Shown here piece by piece: positions 47,640 to 57,931 of a stretch of DNA of 64,000 nucleotides. The notes below the pieces were generated by a model, which did no database searches, was not told the DNA's origin, and saw nothing but the letters and a program-made list of their open reading frames with translations. Source of the stretch: a virus; IMG/VR virus record IMGVR_UViG_3300024054_000008, positions 96,001-160,000 of that record; one strand, written 5' to 3'. Made by a program: the position numbers and the translations under genes. Position 1 is the first letter of the stretch. Each line of letters starts with the position of its first letter.

Positions 47640-48494
47640 TCATTTTATTTTGTAATTCTTATATTTTACGTTCGTGGTTATGGTCTTTTGATTTTTAACT
47701 TCTGAAAATGGAATCAACCACATATCCTCATTAAAACTCACAAGACAAACAAAATCGCATTCAGAATCAGCATACTTAATTCGTCGAACACCTTTTGTGT
47801 TAGTCCTAACCCTTTGAATGGAGAAAACAAAGTGGCCTTTTGGTTTGTGTGTTGATGTTTTGATTTGCACTTTTTTAAAATCACCAATAACTGGTGACGA
47901 AACCAACAAATCGAATGACGACCCTAACTCCGGTGAGAGAACTGTTGCACCACTTAGTATAAATATGTATTTAACATAATATTCAGCAGCTTTCCTGAAA
48001 AGCTGATGGTCTTTATTAAGATCATAACTGTGTTGCAACTTTGGCAATAAATGGAAATTTTTATCGCGTTTCAAACCGAGTTTCCTAAATCTTTTGAAAA
48101 CTGAAGCCTGATGCTTTACTCCGAGTTTTGAGGCTATTAACCTCGCACCCAAACCAGTTTCCCACAATTTCTTTATTTCTGAGTCTAATTCTCTTGGTCG
48201 GCCCTGAGGGACTTGAACCCTCACGCCTTTCGGCGAAGGATTTTCTTCACCACTTTGACTTTCGTCAACCACCGATTGGTGTTGTGGTCCGGACTGTATC
48301 ATCGCCCTCGTCTTTACGTTAGGGCGCCCCGAGCGCGAGTCTCTGAACCTTCCCCCGTTCTGGGGGCTCGGCTGCTGATTGCCCAATCCGACTTGTTTTT
48401 TGCCTTCACGCTTCCCGTTCCCAGGTACGTTGTGGCCAGGTCGGCTATTAGGGGTTTCCAGCAATTTCCGGGGTTCCATTCTGTGGTTTCTCAC
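47640..48494 (-). CDS. HTH plus PD-(D/E)XK homing endonuclease (I-Ssp6803I-like); start codon uncertain because the frame extends through the tRNA-Leu exon and intron
   Basis: FDLLV...KKVQIKTS and Y...CDFV motifs; N-terminal HTH LGARLIASKLG. Confidence 0.7.
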   Translation of the reverse strand: MRNHRMEPRKLLETPNSRPGHNVPGNGKREGKKQVGLGNQQPSPQNGGRFRDSRSGRPNVKTRAMIQSGPQHQSVVDESQSGEENPSPKGVRVQVPQGRPRELDSEIKKLWETGLGARLIASKLGVKHQASVFKRFRKLGLKRDKNFHLLPKLQHSYDLNKDHQLFRKAAEYYVKYIFILSGATVLSPELGSSFDLLVSSPVIGDFKKVQIKTSTHKPKGHFVFSIQRVRTNTKGVRRIKYADSECDFVCLVSFNEDMWLIPFSEVKNQKTITTNVKYKNYKIK

Positions 48495-48545
48495 AGACGG
48501 TTCAATTTGTTAAATCCTCTGCGTCTGCCATTCCGCCAAGGGCCG
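48195..48545 (-). tRNA. tRNA-Leu(TAA) interrupted by a group I intron; CCA encoded
   Basis: 5' exon 48545-48512 and 3' exon 48244-48195 reconstitute the loop TTTAAAA; acceptor CGGCCCT/AGGGCCG. Confidence 0.85.
48245..48511 (-). mobile_element. group I intron (267 nt) between tRNA positions 34 and 35
   Basis: core elements AAATTGCTGGAAAC, AATCAGCAGC, TTCAGAGACT and GATACAGTCC; terminal G. Confidence 0.85.
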
Positions 48546-48600
48546 TTATGTCTTCTGTTATCTTAAGATTACGCTAAGGAAGCAGTCGCTTACAAGCCTT

Positions 48601-48792
48601 TCAGCTCTCGAACGGGTCGACCGACGTCCCGTCTCGTCGGAGCTTCCACTCGAACAGGACCAGCTCGTGGTTGTCGTTGTCCGCATCCCAGTCCTCGTAG
48701 TTCTGGGCGGTCTCCTTCGCCACTTCGATCGCCTGGCGCTTGCTGAGCCCCTCGTGGTGCATGAGGGAAAGAACGTGCTCGTCAGTGTTCAT
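48601..48792 (-). CDS. GC-rich small hypothetical protein
   Basis: GGAGGT SD and CGTA-like leader. Confidence 0.5.
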   Translation of the reverse strand: MNTDEHVLSLMHHEGLSKRQAIEVAKETAQNYEDWDADNDNHELVLFEWKLRRDGTSVDPFES

Positions 48793-48854
48793 GCGCAACC
48801 TCCAACCGTCGGTACACGCCAGACGACCAGAGCTGCGTTGATTAGATCATCTTG

Positions 48855-49169
48855 TGGGAGATCTGGGGTTCGAACCCAGGACCTTAGGATTACCTACCGC
48901 ACCGTCTTTCAACGGCTGCTTTTGCATTGCGGTCTGGACCATATCATCACCTTCGACTTCACGTTAAGGTGTCTCGCGTATGGCCTCTGAGGACTCTCTC
49001 CATTCGGAGGTTGCCTGCTGATTGCCCACGTATCTCAAAGATTGTTACGTCTTCACGTACTTTGAGCTTTAGGGTGTTCCAGCATACAGCGAGATTTTCT
49101 GGCTTCGTATTTCTACGAAGTGATTCCATTTTGAAAATCCTCTGCTCTAACCGGCTGAGCTAATCTCCC
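48855..49169 (-). tRNA. tRNA-Lys(TTT) interrupted by a group I intron; Thr(TGT) is the alternative splice reading
   Basis: GGGAGAT/ATCTCCC acceptor, Lys-like body with G2-C71 and A73; exons TTTT and TAA give loop TTTTTAA. Confidence 0.75.
48893..49133 (-). mobile_element. group I intron (about 241 nt), probably between positions 35 and 36
   Basis: P1 GATTTT/GGAATC with U-G pair; core GTATGCTGGAAC, AATCAGCAGG, CTCAGAGGCCATA and GATATGGTCC. Confidence 0.8.
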
Positions 49170-49175
49170 TTTAGT

Positions 49176-49442
49176 TTACGATTCTACCACTTCTTGTGCT
49201 TTGTTGAGCTCCATCCTTAGCTTCAACCCCTCCAAATGTCCATCAACGATGATGGCGCCGGTCGCAGGAAATGAATTAACGATGTAGTCACCTTCTTTTA
49301 GGTGAAACGTGTCATCCGGTTCCGGCCTTCGTACAACACAAACGCAGTTATTTTCTTTCACCCAGGTTTCGTTATCATACAACGGTTGCATTTCCCACCG
49401 TTGGGACTTCAGATTGAAGTAGACCAAATGGCGTATCACCAA
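49176..49442 (-). CDS. hypothetical protein with the shared C-terminal motif (QEVVES)
   Basis: ORF track. Confidence 0.55.
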   Translation of the reverse strand: MVIRHLVYFNLKSQRWEMQPLYDNETWVKENNCVCVVRRPEPDDTFHLKEGDYIVNSFPATGAIIVDGHLEGLKLRMELNKAQEVVES

Positions 49443-49573
49443 GCTTGCGCCTCGTCTTTACGCCAGGTCTTGCGGCTCTTGCGTTTCAGACGACGATCTT
49501 TCATCGGCCCGCCCTTCTTTCGGGTGAGCATGGCGAGAACAATGGTTGAACGAACACGAACAATCTGAGCCAT
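49436..49573 (-). CDS. 45-aa basic peptide (MAQIVRVR...RKKGGPMKDRRLKRK...), below the ORF-track cutoff
   Basis: GGAGG SD and CGTA leader upstream. Confidence 0.5.
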   Translation of the reverse strand: MAQIVRVRSTIVLAMLTRKKGGPMKDRRLKRKSRKTWRKDEAQAW

Positions 49574-50664
49574 TTGCCGCCTCCAATGCTCAGTACGAGC
49601 GGCAGTCAACAATTTACACCGTCCGGGTTAGTCACGGAAGATCCGACATCGATTCCGTCCCAAGCATACTCAAGAACTGGTGACCTCCAGAACCGCCAGG
49701 AGCTGTTCTGCATCTTCGCGACTCAACATCCCCTTATGGGTGACGCGTGGTCTCGGAGGGTCCGGAGGAGCAAGCATTGGCACATGCTTAGAGCATACAC
49801 GGATAAGATCCATACCACCGGACCGTGACCTCGTGGCGATGGTGACAGTATCATGAGAGCAGTCTCCGTACCGCCTAAGGTAACATCTGATTTCGGTCAC
49901 GCTATCCTCCGTCTAGGTTTCCTTTGGAAGCATTTCTACCTTGATCGTAAGCAAAATCATTCGCTCCCATTCGTGCTCGCAATCACCGCAGTAGAAAGAA
50001 TGGCTCATAGGTTCGTTTGCAAGCGGATAGCTCAAATATGAGTCTGAGAGATCGTATTTGACAAGCGCCCCGCAATTTGGGCACTTATCTTCCAGAGAAA
50101 ATCCGGGAACGTAGAACCGCTTGACGTCAATTTCCATCGCAAACCTCAGCGCGGATTTCCCGCTTGCCGGCTTGACGAACCTTGGTTTCGATTGCCTTCT
50201 CCAGGGCGTTTGCAGCACGGACGGTCATCCGTGTACCATGACGGCGTACACAATACTTTGCGTATGATTCTTGACCAGTTGCCTTCTTGCCGACCTTCAT
50301 GTCTGTCTCCAGCTTTGGTACGTCCGCGCCAGCGTAGCTTACGCTTGTTGTGTCGTATCGGCCAGTGGAGGCGTGCAATGTCCGCTGAGAAATATTTTGA
50401 TAAGCACATCCACCACGCTGCCCAGCGTCTTGGTTTCGGACAAGACTTTGAAAACGTCGTAAATCATCTTGTGACGTTGGTCGGAACTTACGAGACCGCT
50501 CATCTCATCGCAAAGGCAGCCCAGGTCTATCTTGCTTGGGAAATCACTTCGGAAAACCACCAGCCTGAGTCCGGCCGGTCGTAAGTCGGCCGTCAGGCGG
50601 CGTATCTGCTGTTGGGCGACGGACGGCGCGGTGCCGCCCCGGTCCCACTCTGAGAGAACCACCC

Positions 50665-51027
50665 ATGACCAACTCGAACAACTACCCCTTCCTGACCAAG
50701 TCCCAGCTCAAGGACCGCATCTCGTCCGACGACGAGTTCGTGGCAGCTTGCGTCCTCGTGATGCAGTCCCGCCAGACCGACGACGAGCAGGAGGTTCGCG
50801 AGACCCGCTGGAAGAACCGCCGCGGCTGGATGTCCTCGCACGCCGTCCGCGGCGGCAAGCTCGCCTCAAAGATCGAGTCCGGTGAGGCCCTCTCCGAAGA
50901 GGAGCTGGACCAGGCTCGCAAGATGCTGCTCTCGTACAGCAAGCAGTTGGCGAGCCACTTCCGGGCACTGGCCATCGAGGCCAACCCGGCCCTCAAAGAC
51001 GCCGGGTCCGTCTTCGGCGTCTGCTGA
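50665..51027 (+). CDS. very GC-rich hypothetical early protein, paralog of 35125-35487
   Basis: high protein similarity along the full length. Confidence 0.7.
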   Translation: MTNSNNYPFLTKSQLKDRISSDDEFVAACVLVMQSRQTDDEQEVRETRWKNRRGWMSSHAVRGGKLASKIESGEALSEEELDQARKMLLSYSKQLASHFRALAIEANPALKDAGSVFGVC

Positions 51028-51090
51028 GAAATCAGCGCGGCCGGCCTGGCGCAAGTCAGGCCGGCCGCGCTGTACCGTCTCGGGTCGGAG

Positions 51091-51492
51091 GTGCGCGTGC
51101 GCATTTTGATTCTGGACGACAATCCGGAACGCCACAAAGTGTTCGCCGGGGTCCTCAAAAGAGAGGTCCTGGTTCACGTGTTTGTTGCGGCCCTGCAATC
51201 GCAGGAGCCGTTCGATTTGGTGTATTTGGACCATGATCTTGGCGATTTCGCCGCGGCTGACACGTACGACGACTACGGCGACGGCATGTACTCAGGCGGA
51301 AGCAAACGCGAGTACACGGGTGCCGATGTCGCATGGTTCATTGCGCGCAAGCTCGACCAAAGCAAGTGGCCGACTCGCATAATCATTCATTCCTGGAACC
51401 CCGACGGTGCCCGCCGCATGAGAGATACGCTCCAGGACGCTGGACTTTCATGCGTTTGCCAACCATTTGGTGAGTCGTTCACATTTGGCTAA
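51091..51492 (+). CDS. cyclic-phosphate-processing receiver-domain protein
   Basis: ILILDD, LVYLDHDLG, TGADVA and IHSWNPDGARRM motifs. Confidence 0.65.
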   Translation: MRVRILILDDNPERHKVFAGVLKREVLVHVFVAALQSQEPFDLVYLDHDLGDFAAADTYDDYGDGMYSGGSKREYTGADVAWFIARKLDQSKWPTRIIIHSWNPDGARRMRDTLQDAGLSCVCQPFGESFTFG

Positions 51493-51504
51493 TATGGTTC
51501 AAAA

Positions 51505-52224
51505 ATGCGTCTTAGGATAATGAGTGATCTCCATCTAGAATTTCATAAAGATGGTGGAGAGTGTTTTGTTAATAGCCTTGAGACAGAAGGAACGGACATT
51601 CTTATTTTGGCCGGTGACATTTGCATGCACCAACAGTTAGACGTTGTTTTGACGTCGTTTTGTAAGAAATTTCCGAAGGTGGTGTATACACTCGGAAACC
51701 ATGAATATTATAGGTCTTCCAGATATAAAGTCTGTAAGACGATGAAGAATGTTTGTGAAAAAAACGACAATTTAATTTGGCTTGAGGCCTCGAGCAAAAT
51801 TATAGACGGCGTAAAATTTGTTGGCGGAACGCTTTGGTTCAAAGAAGCGCCGATGGCCCCAAAGTGGTCGCTCAGTGATTTCAGTGAAATTGAAAACTTT
51901 GAATCTTGGGTCTACGATTTGAACCGCGAAACAACTCGAAAAATTGAAGACGAAATTGACGGCAATTGTGTCGTTGTCACCCATCATCTACCGAGTTTCA
52001 AATCAGTCCATGAAGCTTACAAACGAAGCCAATTAAATCCATTCTTCGTTTGCGACTTGGAGCCAATGATCAAGCATTTCAAACCCAAACTTTGGATTCA
52101 TGGACACACCCATGTTTCGATGTGGTACAACATTGGACCAACTCAGGTCATTTGCAATCCGTTTGGGTACATGAGAAGAGAAGAAAATCCGAATTTCAAT
52201 GAAAATCTAACTGTGGAAATCTAG
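51505..52224 (+). CDS. calcineurin-like metallophosphoesterase
   Basis: SDLH, LAGDI, GNHEYY, THH and HGHTH motifs. Confidence 0.85.
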   Translation: MRLRIMSDLHLEFHKDGGECFVNSLETEGTDILILAGDICMHQQLDVVLTSFCKKFPKVVYTLGNHEYYRSSRYKVCKTMKNVCEKNDNLIWLEASSKIIDGVKFVGGTLWFKEAPMAPKWSLSDFSEIENFESWVYDLNRETTRKIEDEIDGNCVVVTHHLPSFKSVHEAYKRSQLNPFFVCDLEPMIKHFKPKLWIHGHTHVSMWYNIGPTQVICNPFGYMRREENPNFNENLTVEI

Positions 52225-52254
52225 GCTTTTGTTGTTGTAATCTAGATAAGACTT

Positions 52255-52310
52255 GCGCGCCCCGAATGGTTCGCCCCCCCCCCTCCGGACCATTCGGGGC
52301 GCGTCTTTAT
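52255..52310. terminator. bidirectional terminator-like hairpin with poly-C loop between convergent genes
   Basis: CGCGCCCCGAATGGT/ACCATTCGGGGCGCG; T-rich flanks. Confidence 0.65.
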
Positions 52311-52345
52311 TATCACATATATATTTCAACAATATGTGTGGTACA

Positions 52346-53095
52346 TCAGCCAGTCATGACAGACTTTGTGGCCGCAAAGTCGATGGCTTGCTGAATCACG
52401 TCGTCATTGATCAATTCTAGGAGCCTTGGGTTGCGATTGAAATAGGCGGCCATGTCACCAATACTAAGTCGGTCCTTAGCCTTGTTCAGAGCAACCATCA
52501 ATTCCCGTGATGGTGGGTTTGCAGCTGATTCTTCGCAAATTCTGACAAAAACCCGACCGAGATTATCAGAACAAATGGCACCTGTAGCTTTGTAATATTC
52601 GACAATCAATGATAATTCTTTGAGTTCCAAGTCACCGCTAAGCCACTTGGCAAAAGTCTGAATGACGCGTAGTCTAGTTTTATCAGCGTCAGTTACGTAT
52701 TTCTTTTCTTGCTTTTCTTTGTGTTTTCTGATGATTCCTTCTTTTTGAGAATCAAATTTTTCCATCAATTCACGAATATCGTTGATAAGTTTTTCTTTTC
52801 TTTCTAGATAAACTTTGGCATTGAGCTTGACGTTAAAATAATAACTGCTTTCTAATTTTTCACTATTGTTACAGTGAAGTATTTCCTGGCCTGGCAACAA
52901 AACAATTGGATACACAAAGTTGGTGATTTTCCCGTATTTATCTGATGACGACGTCAAGCGGTTGCTACTCGTTCCAACAGTCGAAATCATAACTCCCTTA
53001 ACCAGCCCTTGTTCCCAAGCAGGAAGATTGCTAAACTCCAGAAATTCTTCATCAGAGAATTCTGGGAATTCTTCACGCTTGTAAAGCTCAGTCAT
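52346..53095 (-). CDS. hypothetical protein with the shared C-terminal motif (KSVMTG)
   Basis: 249 aa ORF. Confidence 0.55.
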   Translation of the reverse strand: MTELYKREEFPEFSDEEFLEFSNLPAWEQGLVKGVMISTVGTSSNRLTSSSDKYGKITNFVYPIVLLPGQEILHCNNSEKLESSYYFNVKLNAKVYLERKEKLINDIRELMEKFDSQKEGIIRKHKEKQEKKYVTDADKTRLRVIQTFAKWLSGDLELKELSLIVEYYKATGAICSDNLGRVFVRICEESAANPPSRELMVALNKAKDRLSIGDMAAYFNRNPRLLELINDDVIQQAIDFAATKSVMTG

Positions 53096-53412
53096 GGCTC
53101 ACCCGTGCAAGATTTCACACGTTGAAATCAAGTCTTGCAGCATCGCGTCTACTTCCTCCTCTGATTTGTTGAAAACCAACACGTGACCCTTCGGGATGTA
53201 GACCTCTAGGATTGTCCAATCACCAGACAAAGACCCAATCCAGCTCAAATCTGCAAGAAAGCTACAGAAAATCTTGCCAAAACCTTGGATTTTGTTAGAA
53301 AGACCGACAACAGGCAAGTTTTCTTTTGTATAAACAATCGATGCGAGACGGCTCGCATCAACCTTGAACAGAGGCTTACGATACTTATCAGACAGCTTTT
53401 GTGAAAAGACGA

Positions 53413-53784
53413 TCACGACTCCACAAGCTCCTGAGTCTCTTCTTGGTTTTGCTCTTCTTCGTAAAAGAGTCCTTCCCAAACGTCATTCATTTTTTGTTCG
53501 AAAAGCTTGGTCGCAACTACAGAAAGGGCCTGCATGAAGGTGTCCCAGCTTCCGTCCATCTCTTCGAAGTCTTGATCTGGCGGGTCCCAATAAGTTCCAG
53601 CATGATAAGTCGTAACCCCAATCCTGAAAACTTCTTCTCCATCTTTTTCGGCCTTGAAAATCGAGAAAGAATCAATTTCAACCGAGCTGACATCAAGGTC
53701 AGAAGACAACTCGATTTTGAATTTTTCCTCTCCAAAGAGAGCCGAAAAGAATTTCGTTGCAAGTTGCAGGTCGTATTGGTTCAC
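53413..53784 (-). CDS. hypothetical acidic protein with the shared C-terminal motif (QELVES)
   Basis: YHAGTYWDPPD motif. Confidence 0.55.
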   Translation of the reverse strand: MNQYDLQLATKFFSALFGEEKFKIELSSDLDVSSVEIDSFSIFKAEKDGEEVFRIGVTTYHAGTYWDPPDQDFEEMDGSWDTFMQALSVVATKLFEQKMNDVWEGLFYEEEQNQEETQELVES

Positions 53785-53945
53785 AGTACACCTTCTTCAG
53801 GTGAATTGGTGGGCACACAGCTGGGAGTTTACAGTTCCGGACCTATAAACCGTCATAGCCACGTGAAATCACGCACGCTAAGACCCAAAGGCGTGCCCAA
53901 CAACAAATACGCACGGGCACAACCGGCTTCCGTTGATTGGGAGAC

Positions 53946-54422
53946 TCACCAATTAGTTTGTACCAATTCTCGTGCCCACCACAGGTTGTCTTTACGGTTC
54001 CAATTCCAATCACCATTTTCGGCAGATTTTCTCAGCCGTTCTAAAAATCGCTCAATCGAAAGACCGTAGCCATTTCTGTACGTTGCATAACTCCTAAATT
54101 TAATAACACCATTAGCAAACCAGACGTCGATTCGTTGCGCACGGGCTATTTTTTCATCGTCAACAAGGCCGTTTACAACCTCTTCAGCCTTTTGCTCATC
54201 GTCTAATCTAAGAGACAACTTGTTCTTAACCGATTCGGTAAATTGCTCCCAACAGTTTTGGATTTCTTCAGCTGTTGGTTCTAAGTTTGCATCAAATCTG
54301 GCGTAAAGATATTCACAGTTGGAGTCAGGGTGATCATCAGATTCAACGTGAAATTCAACCCGTAATTTGAATTTCTCACTCTTTGGTTCATAGTTCGATG
54401 TCACGCCAACTCCGTACGACAT
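53946..54422 (-). CDS. hypothetical protein
   Basis: ORF track. Confidence 0.5.
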   Translation of the reverse strand: MSYGVGVTSNYEPKSEKFKLRVEFHVESDDHPDSNCEYLYARFDANLEPTAEEIQNCWEQFTESVKNKLSLRLDDEQKAEEVVNGLVDDEKIARAQRIDVWFANGVIKFRSYATYRNGYGLSIERFLERLRKSAENGDWNWNRKDNLWWARELVQTNW

Positions 54423-54673
54423 CCCAGTTCAGGCTTACCGTTTCGAGTGAATTTATGAAATCTTTTGCTTCTTGCTTTCCAAGATCTTTTACAAGTTCGC
54501 GCGTTGTCATGTGGTTGTGAATTTGAGCCTCTTCATCCCAAACCCATAGACCATAATCAACTTTTTCGACAACAACTTTCACGTCGGCGTCTGGACAGCG
54601 CCGATTCAACTCATTGGCAATCGCATCCTTAATCCAATCGCCGGACCGAGCGTCATTTGCTACGACGCTCAAG

Positions 54674-54901
54674 TCAGGAACAAGTGCAGTCGTGGTCGGA
54701 CCCTGCTCCTTCACCACACGAAAGACAGCAGGACCGTTTGACTTGCCTGCAGACGGTACGACAAGCTTCCGGATCTTTTGCATTTATACATCTGCCTGAA
54801 CAGAACACGCAGGTTCTGTAACAGGCGTCTCGTTTCTTATGATTTTCAGGCGGTCCAGCCAATGGGACCACAAACAAAAATACAAGAAACAAAAATCTCA
54901 T
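54674..54901 (-). CDS. small secreted Cys-rich protein
   Basis: hydrophobic signal MRFLFLVFLFVVPLA; about 11 Cys in 50 residues. Confidence 0.55.
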   Translation of the reverse strand: MRFLFLVFLFVVPLAGPPENHKKRDACYRTCVFCSGRCINAKDPEACRTVCRQVKRSCCLSCGEGAGSDHDCTCS

Positions 54902-55363
54902 TTTTCCGGATCAAGGATTGAAATAGCCCTTTGGACGGCCGAATACGCCCGAACCTCGACGTATTCTTGAGCATCCGTATCTGCGCTGTTTGAAAGCTTG
55001 TCGGCTTCGTGATGTTCCAAAGCTTTCTTGGAAAGACTCAAAGCTTCACGAATTTGAAATAGCTCTTGAGGAGTCAAAATGACTTGCATGTTTCATTCTC
55101 CTAGAGATAATCCGAGACTGGCGTGACGTGGTGGTTTGGGTACATTTCTTGGTATTTCTTGACATCCTCTTCGGATGCCTCCCGTGCCATCACCTGGAAC
55201 TCTGGTTTGGTGAACATCACGACCATGTCGTAGACTTCCTGAACCGATTCTGCGCCACTGAACATCGCAACGGAACCGTCTCTACCACCAACTTCTACGT
55301 AGACGAACATGTGCGACCTCCACAACCTGTACGCCGAGCTCTGCCCGACTTGCGGTTGTCAGA

Positions 55364-55840
55364 TCAAAGTTCAATCCGGGTGTTGAAGGTTTCCTCCAGC
55401 CAACTGTTATTGAGTTCTTGACTTGGTCGCACATAGGTGACGTACGCGTCACTTTGTTCTGAAAGATCCCTCTTGCAAGAAGGGCATGGTCCTGGTTCGT
55501 AAATGCTATAAACACAGTTGAAATCATGACTGTGCCAGCCATTTCTGCCGCAATGTTTACAGTGATATCGCTTTGTTACGTCAACCTTCACACCCGGAGA
55601 AACAACCCTGTCATAATCAAACGATGACATGAATGAATCTGGGATTTTGAACTTTCCAGCACGTGTGATACTAGCCCATTCCAGCTGACGAGAACCGCAT
55701 TTCGGAAATACGTCGAAATGACCCTTTGGTGTACACCGCTTTTGGTCGATATCCCGTGCGAACGGATGCCAGTCTGAAAGACCAACACTGTCTGGACAGT
55801 AGACAACTTCATCGTTTTTATCGATAATCATCGACATCAC
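55364..55840 (-). CDS. hypothetical zinc-binding protein
   Basis: CKHCG and CPSC motifs. Confidence 0.5.
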   Translation of the reverse strand: MMSMIIDKNDEVVYCPDSVGLSDWHPFARDIDQKRCTPKGHFDVFPKCGSRQLEWASITRAGKFKIPDSFMSSFDYDRVVSPGVKVDVTKRYHCKHCGRNGWHSHDFNCVYSIYEPGPCPSCKRDLSEQSDAYVTYVRPSQELNNSWLEETFNTRIEL

Positions 55841-56736
55841 TTGCCTGCCTTTCGCGGCAGAGCTTTCTTGGAGAGCTTAAGTTTTTCCAACGCTTGTTTG
55901 AACTCGGCTTGAACCTCTTCGCTGACCTTGAGTTCGTCCTTCTCGAAGATGCTGAGCAGCTCCATGGCTTCTTTGCAATCACCGAACTGAATCTTCTCGA
56001 CGATTCGGCGGGTTGTCTCTTCGAGAGCCATTGCACGTTCTACGTGCGTGATCACACTTTTCAGAATCGCATCACTCAATCCGGGCAGGCCTTTGTAGAG
56101 GGCTGCATCGATGTCACGATTCAGCAAGACGCCTTCTTTGCCGATCTCGTTGAGTTGGTGCGCCAAGTCTGACCGCTTCTTTTCACGGTCTTTGACCATT
56201 TTTCGGAAATCGCCAATGGTCATCTTCTGATCGACCTCGGAAAGGGAAATCTTTCCGCTGAGTTCGTCGAGCTTCTCGACGAGAGACTGACCTTTAACCT
56301 TGAGCTTCTCTACCAATTCAATCTTATCGGCAATCTCCTTGTCGATGATACGGACCGCTTTGCTCAACTGAGGAAGCTCTGTCAAAACTTTTGCGGCACG
56401 TTCTTGTGCGATCTTCTGCAGATCGGCGGTTCCACGACCAAAGTTATGGCCGTGGCTTTCAATGTCAACAAACACATCACCGTATCGCCGAACCGAAAAA
56501 CCATTGAATTGACGGTCCAACCTAGAGATGTGGAGGTTGCTGACGAACTTGCGACGGTGGGCCGTTTCAGCAATATAACGAGCCGTCATTTGCATGATGT
56601 ATTGCGCAGCACGCGAGCGCTTTTCGAAAAGATCCGAAAAATCTTTGCGCTTCTCATGACTCCACGTTGTCATGTCGGCCTGATTGACTGTGCTGAGCAG
56701 ATCTTTCTTGTCGAAATCCAACATATCGTCGGCCAT
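55837..56736 (-). CDS. hypothetical coiled-coil protein
   Basis: GGAGGT SD and CGTA leader; helical composition. Confidence 0.6.
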   Translation of the reverse strand: MADDMLDFDKKDLLSTVNQADMTTWSHEKRKDFSDLFEKRSRAAQYIMQMTARYIAETAHRRKFVSNLHISRLDRQFNGFSVRRYGDVFVDIESHGHNFGRGTADLQKIAQERAAKVLTELPQLSKAVRIIDKEIADKIELVEKLKVKGQSLVEKLDELSGKISLSEVDQKMTIGDFRKMVKDREKKRSDLAHQLNEIGKEGVLLNRDIDAALYKGLPGLSDAILKSVITHVERAMALEETTRRIVEKIQFGDCKEAMELLSIFEKDELKVSEEVQAEFKQALEKLKLSKKALPRKAGK

Positions 56737-57547
56737 TAGTACCTCCACCGCTGGTACGCATCGCCAGGTGCTAGTTCCAGTCAGCGATAAATTTTGTCAA
56801 CTTGAACTTCACGTACTTCAAAACTTACACCAGATTCGAGCTTTGGTGCCAGTAAACAAAGTATATCATTCACGGTTTTCTTCTTGTAAACCTCAGTTCT
56901 CCCATCAACCGTGACTAAAATTTGATTTTTACGATTCGTCCGCAAGCCCAACCTTCTTTCTGTAGTCTTTCCAGGCCTCGAAGCATTCTTCGGGTGTTAG
57001 ATTAGCACGTACTTCAAACGCTGTTCCGCGTTTACTTGCAAACACCCTCCAATTTTCGCCCTCCCAAATCCAATTTCTGGCCGAACCAGTCCAAGTGAAC
57101 TTTTGCCTTCCCAATCGTGATTTGTGGAATTTAACAGCACCATCTTTGTTGGAGGCCATGTGCATCTGCATGGTTTGGTCTCTATATGTTTTGAATTCCG
57201 TATCAGATAACACTCGAACATCGATCAAATTGATCATTGGCGTACTTTCCCATTCGAATTGATTCATGATTTGATCAACTCCTCTGTCAGGTATTGATCT
57301 GTTTTCGACTCTGCATATTTTTTGGCTTTTTGAAGCAATGCTGCCAATCCGCAACCTTCATCAAAAAAGTCTTTAACAGCTATTTGCTTAAAAGGGCTGA
57401 ACACGTTTACACGAAGATAATTCGGCTTTCTAAAATGACGTATATTTGCAGCTAAATACCGTGTATTTTTCAGATCGGAGCAGAAAGCATAACATTTTAT
57501 GTCATCGTCGTATGTTTTTTGTTTATTAGACTTCCAAATAAGTTGTT

Positions 57548-57931
57548 TCATGCTTCCAAAACCTGCTTTGCCTGCATCTGTGCAAGCCACTCTCGTCCAC
57601 GATCTTCGGCCGCAGCAATCCGCTCCAAAATGCGAATCAGGACGTCTTTGGTCGTTCCAACTCGCAAAATACGAGGGAATTTACCAATCCCAACGATTCG
57701 CCCGTCTGCGCGTTCGTAAACGGTGCAGACCTTGATGGCGTCCTGGCCACATTTCCGAACTGATGGGTTACCGACTGCAATACTTGTATACACTTTCACA
57801 ATCACGCGGTTACAGTGTGCCTGTGGCTTCTCGTACACCACTTCGTTTCCGTAGATTGTGCGCTGGAAACCTTTGAGTTGGAGCAGACGCTCGATGTCTT
57901 CAGAAGAAACCTGGACGTAAAGAGCCATATT
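57548..57931 (-). CDS. hypothetical protein with the shared C-terminal motif (KQVLEA)
   Basis: VKVYTSI...GQDAIKV motif. Confidence 0.55.
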   Translation of the reverse strand, partial: NMALYVQVSSEDIERLLQLKGFQRTIYGNEVVYEKPQAHCNRVIVKVYTSIAVGNPSVRKCGQDAIKVCTVYERADGRIVGIGKFPRILRVGTTKDVLIRILERIAAAEDRGREWLAQMQAKQVLEA

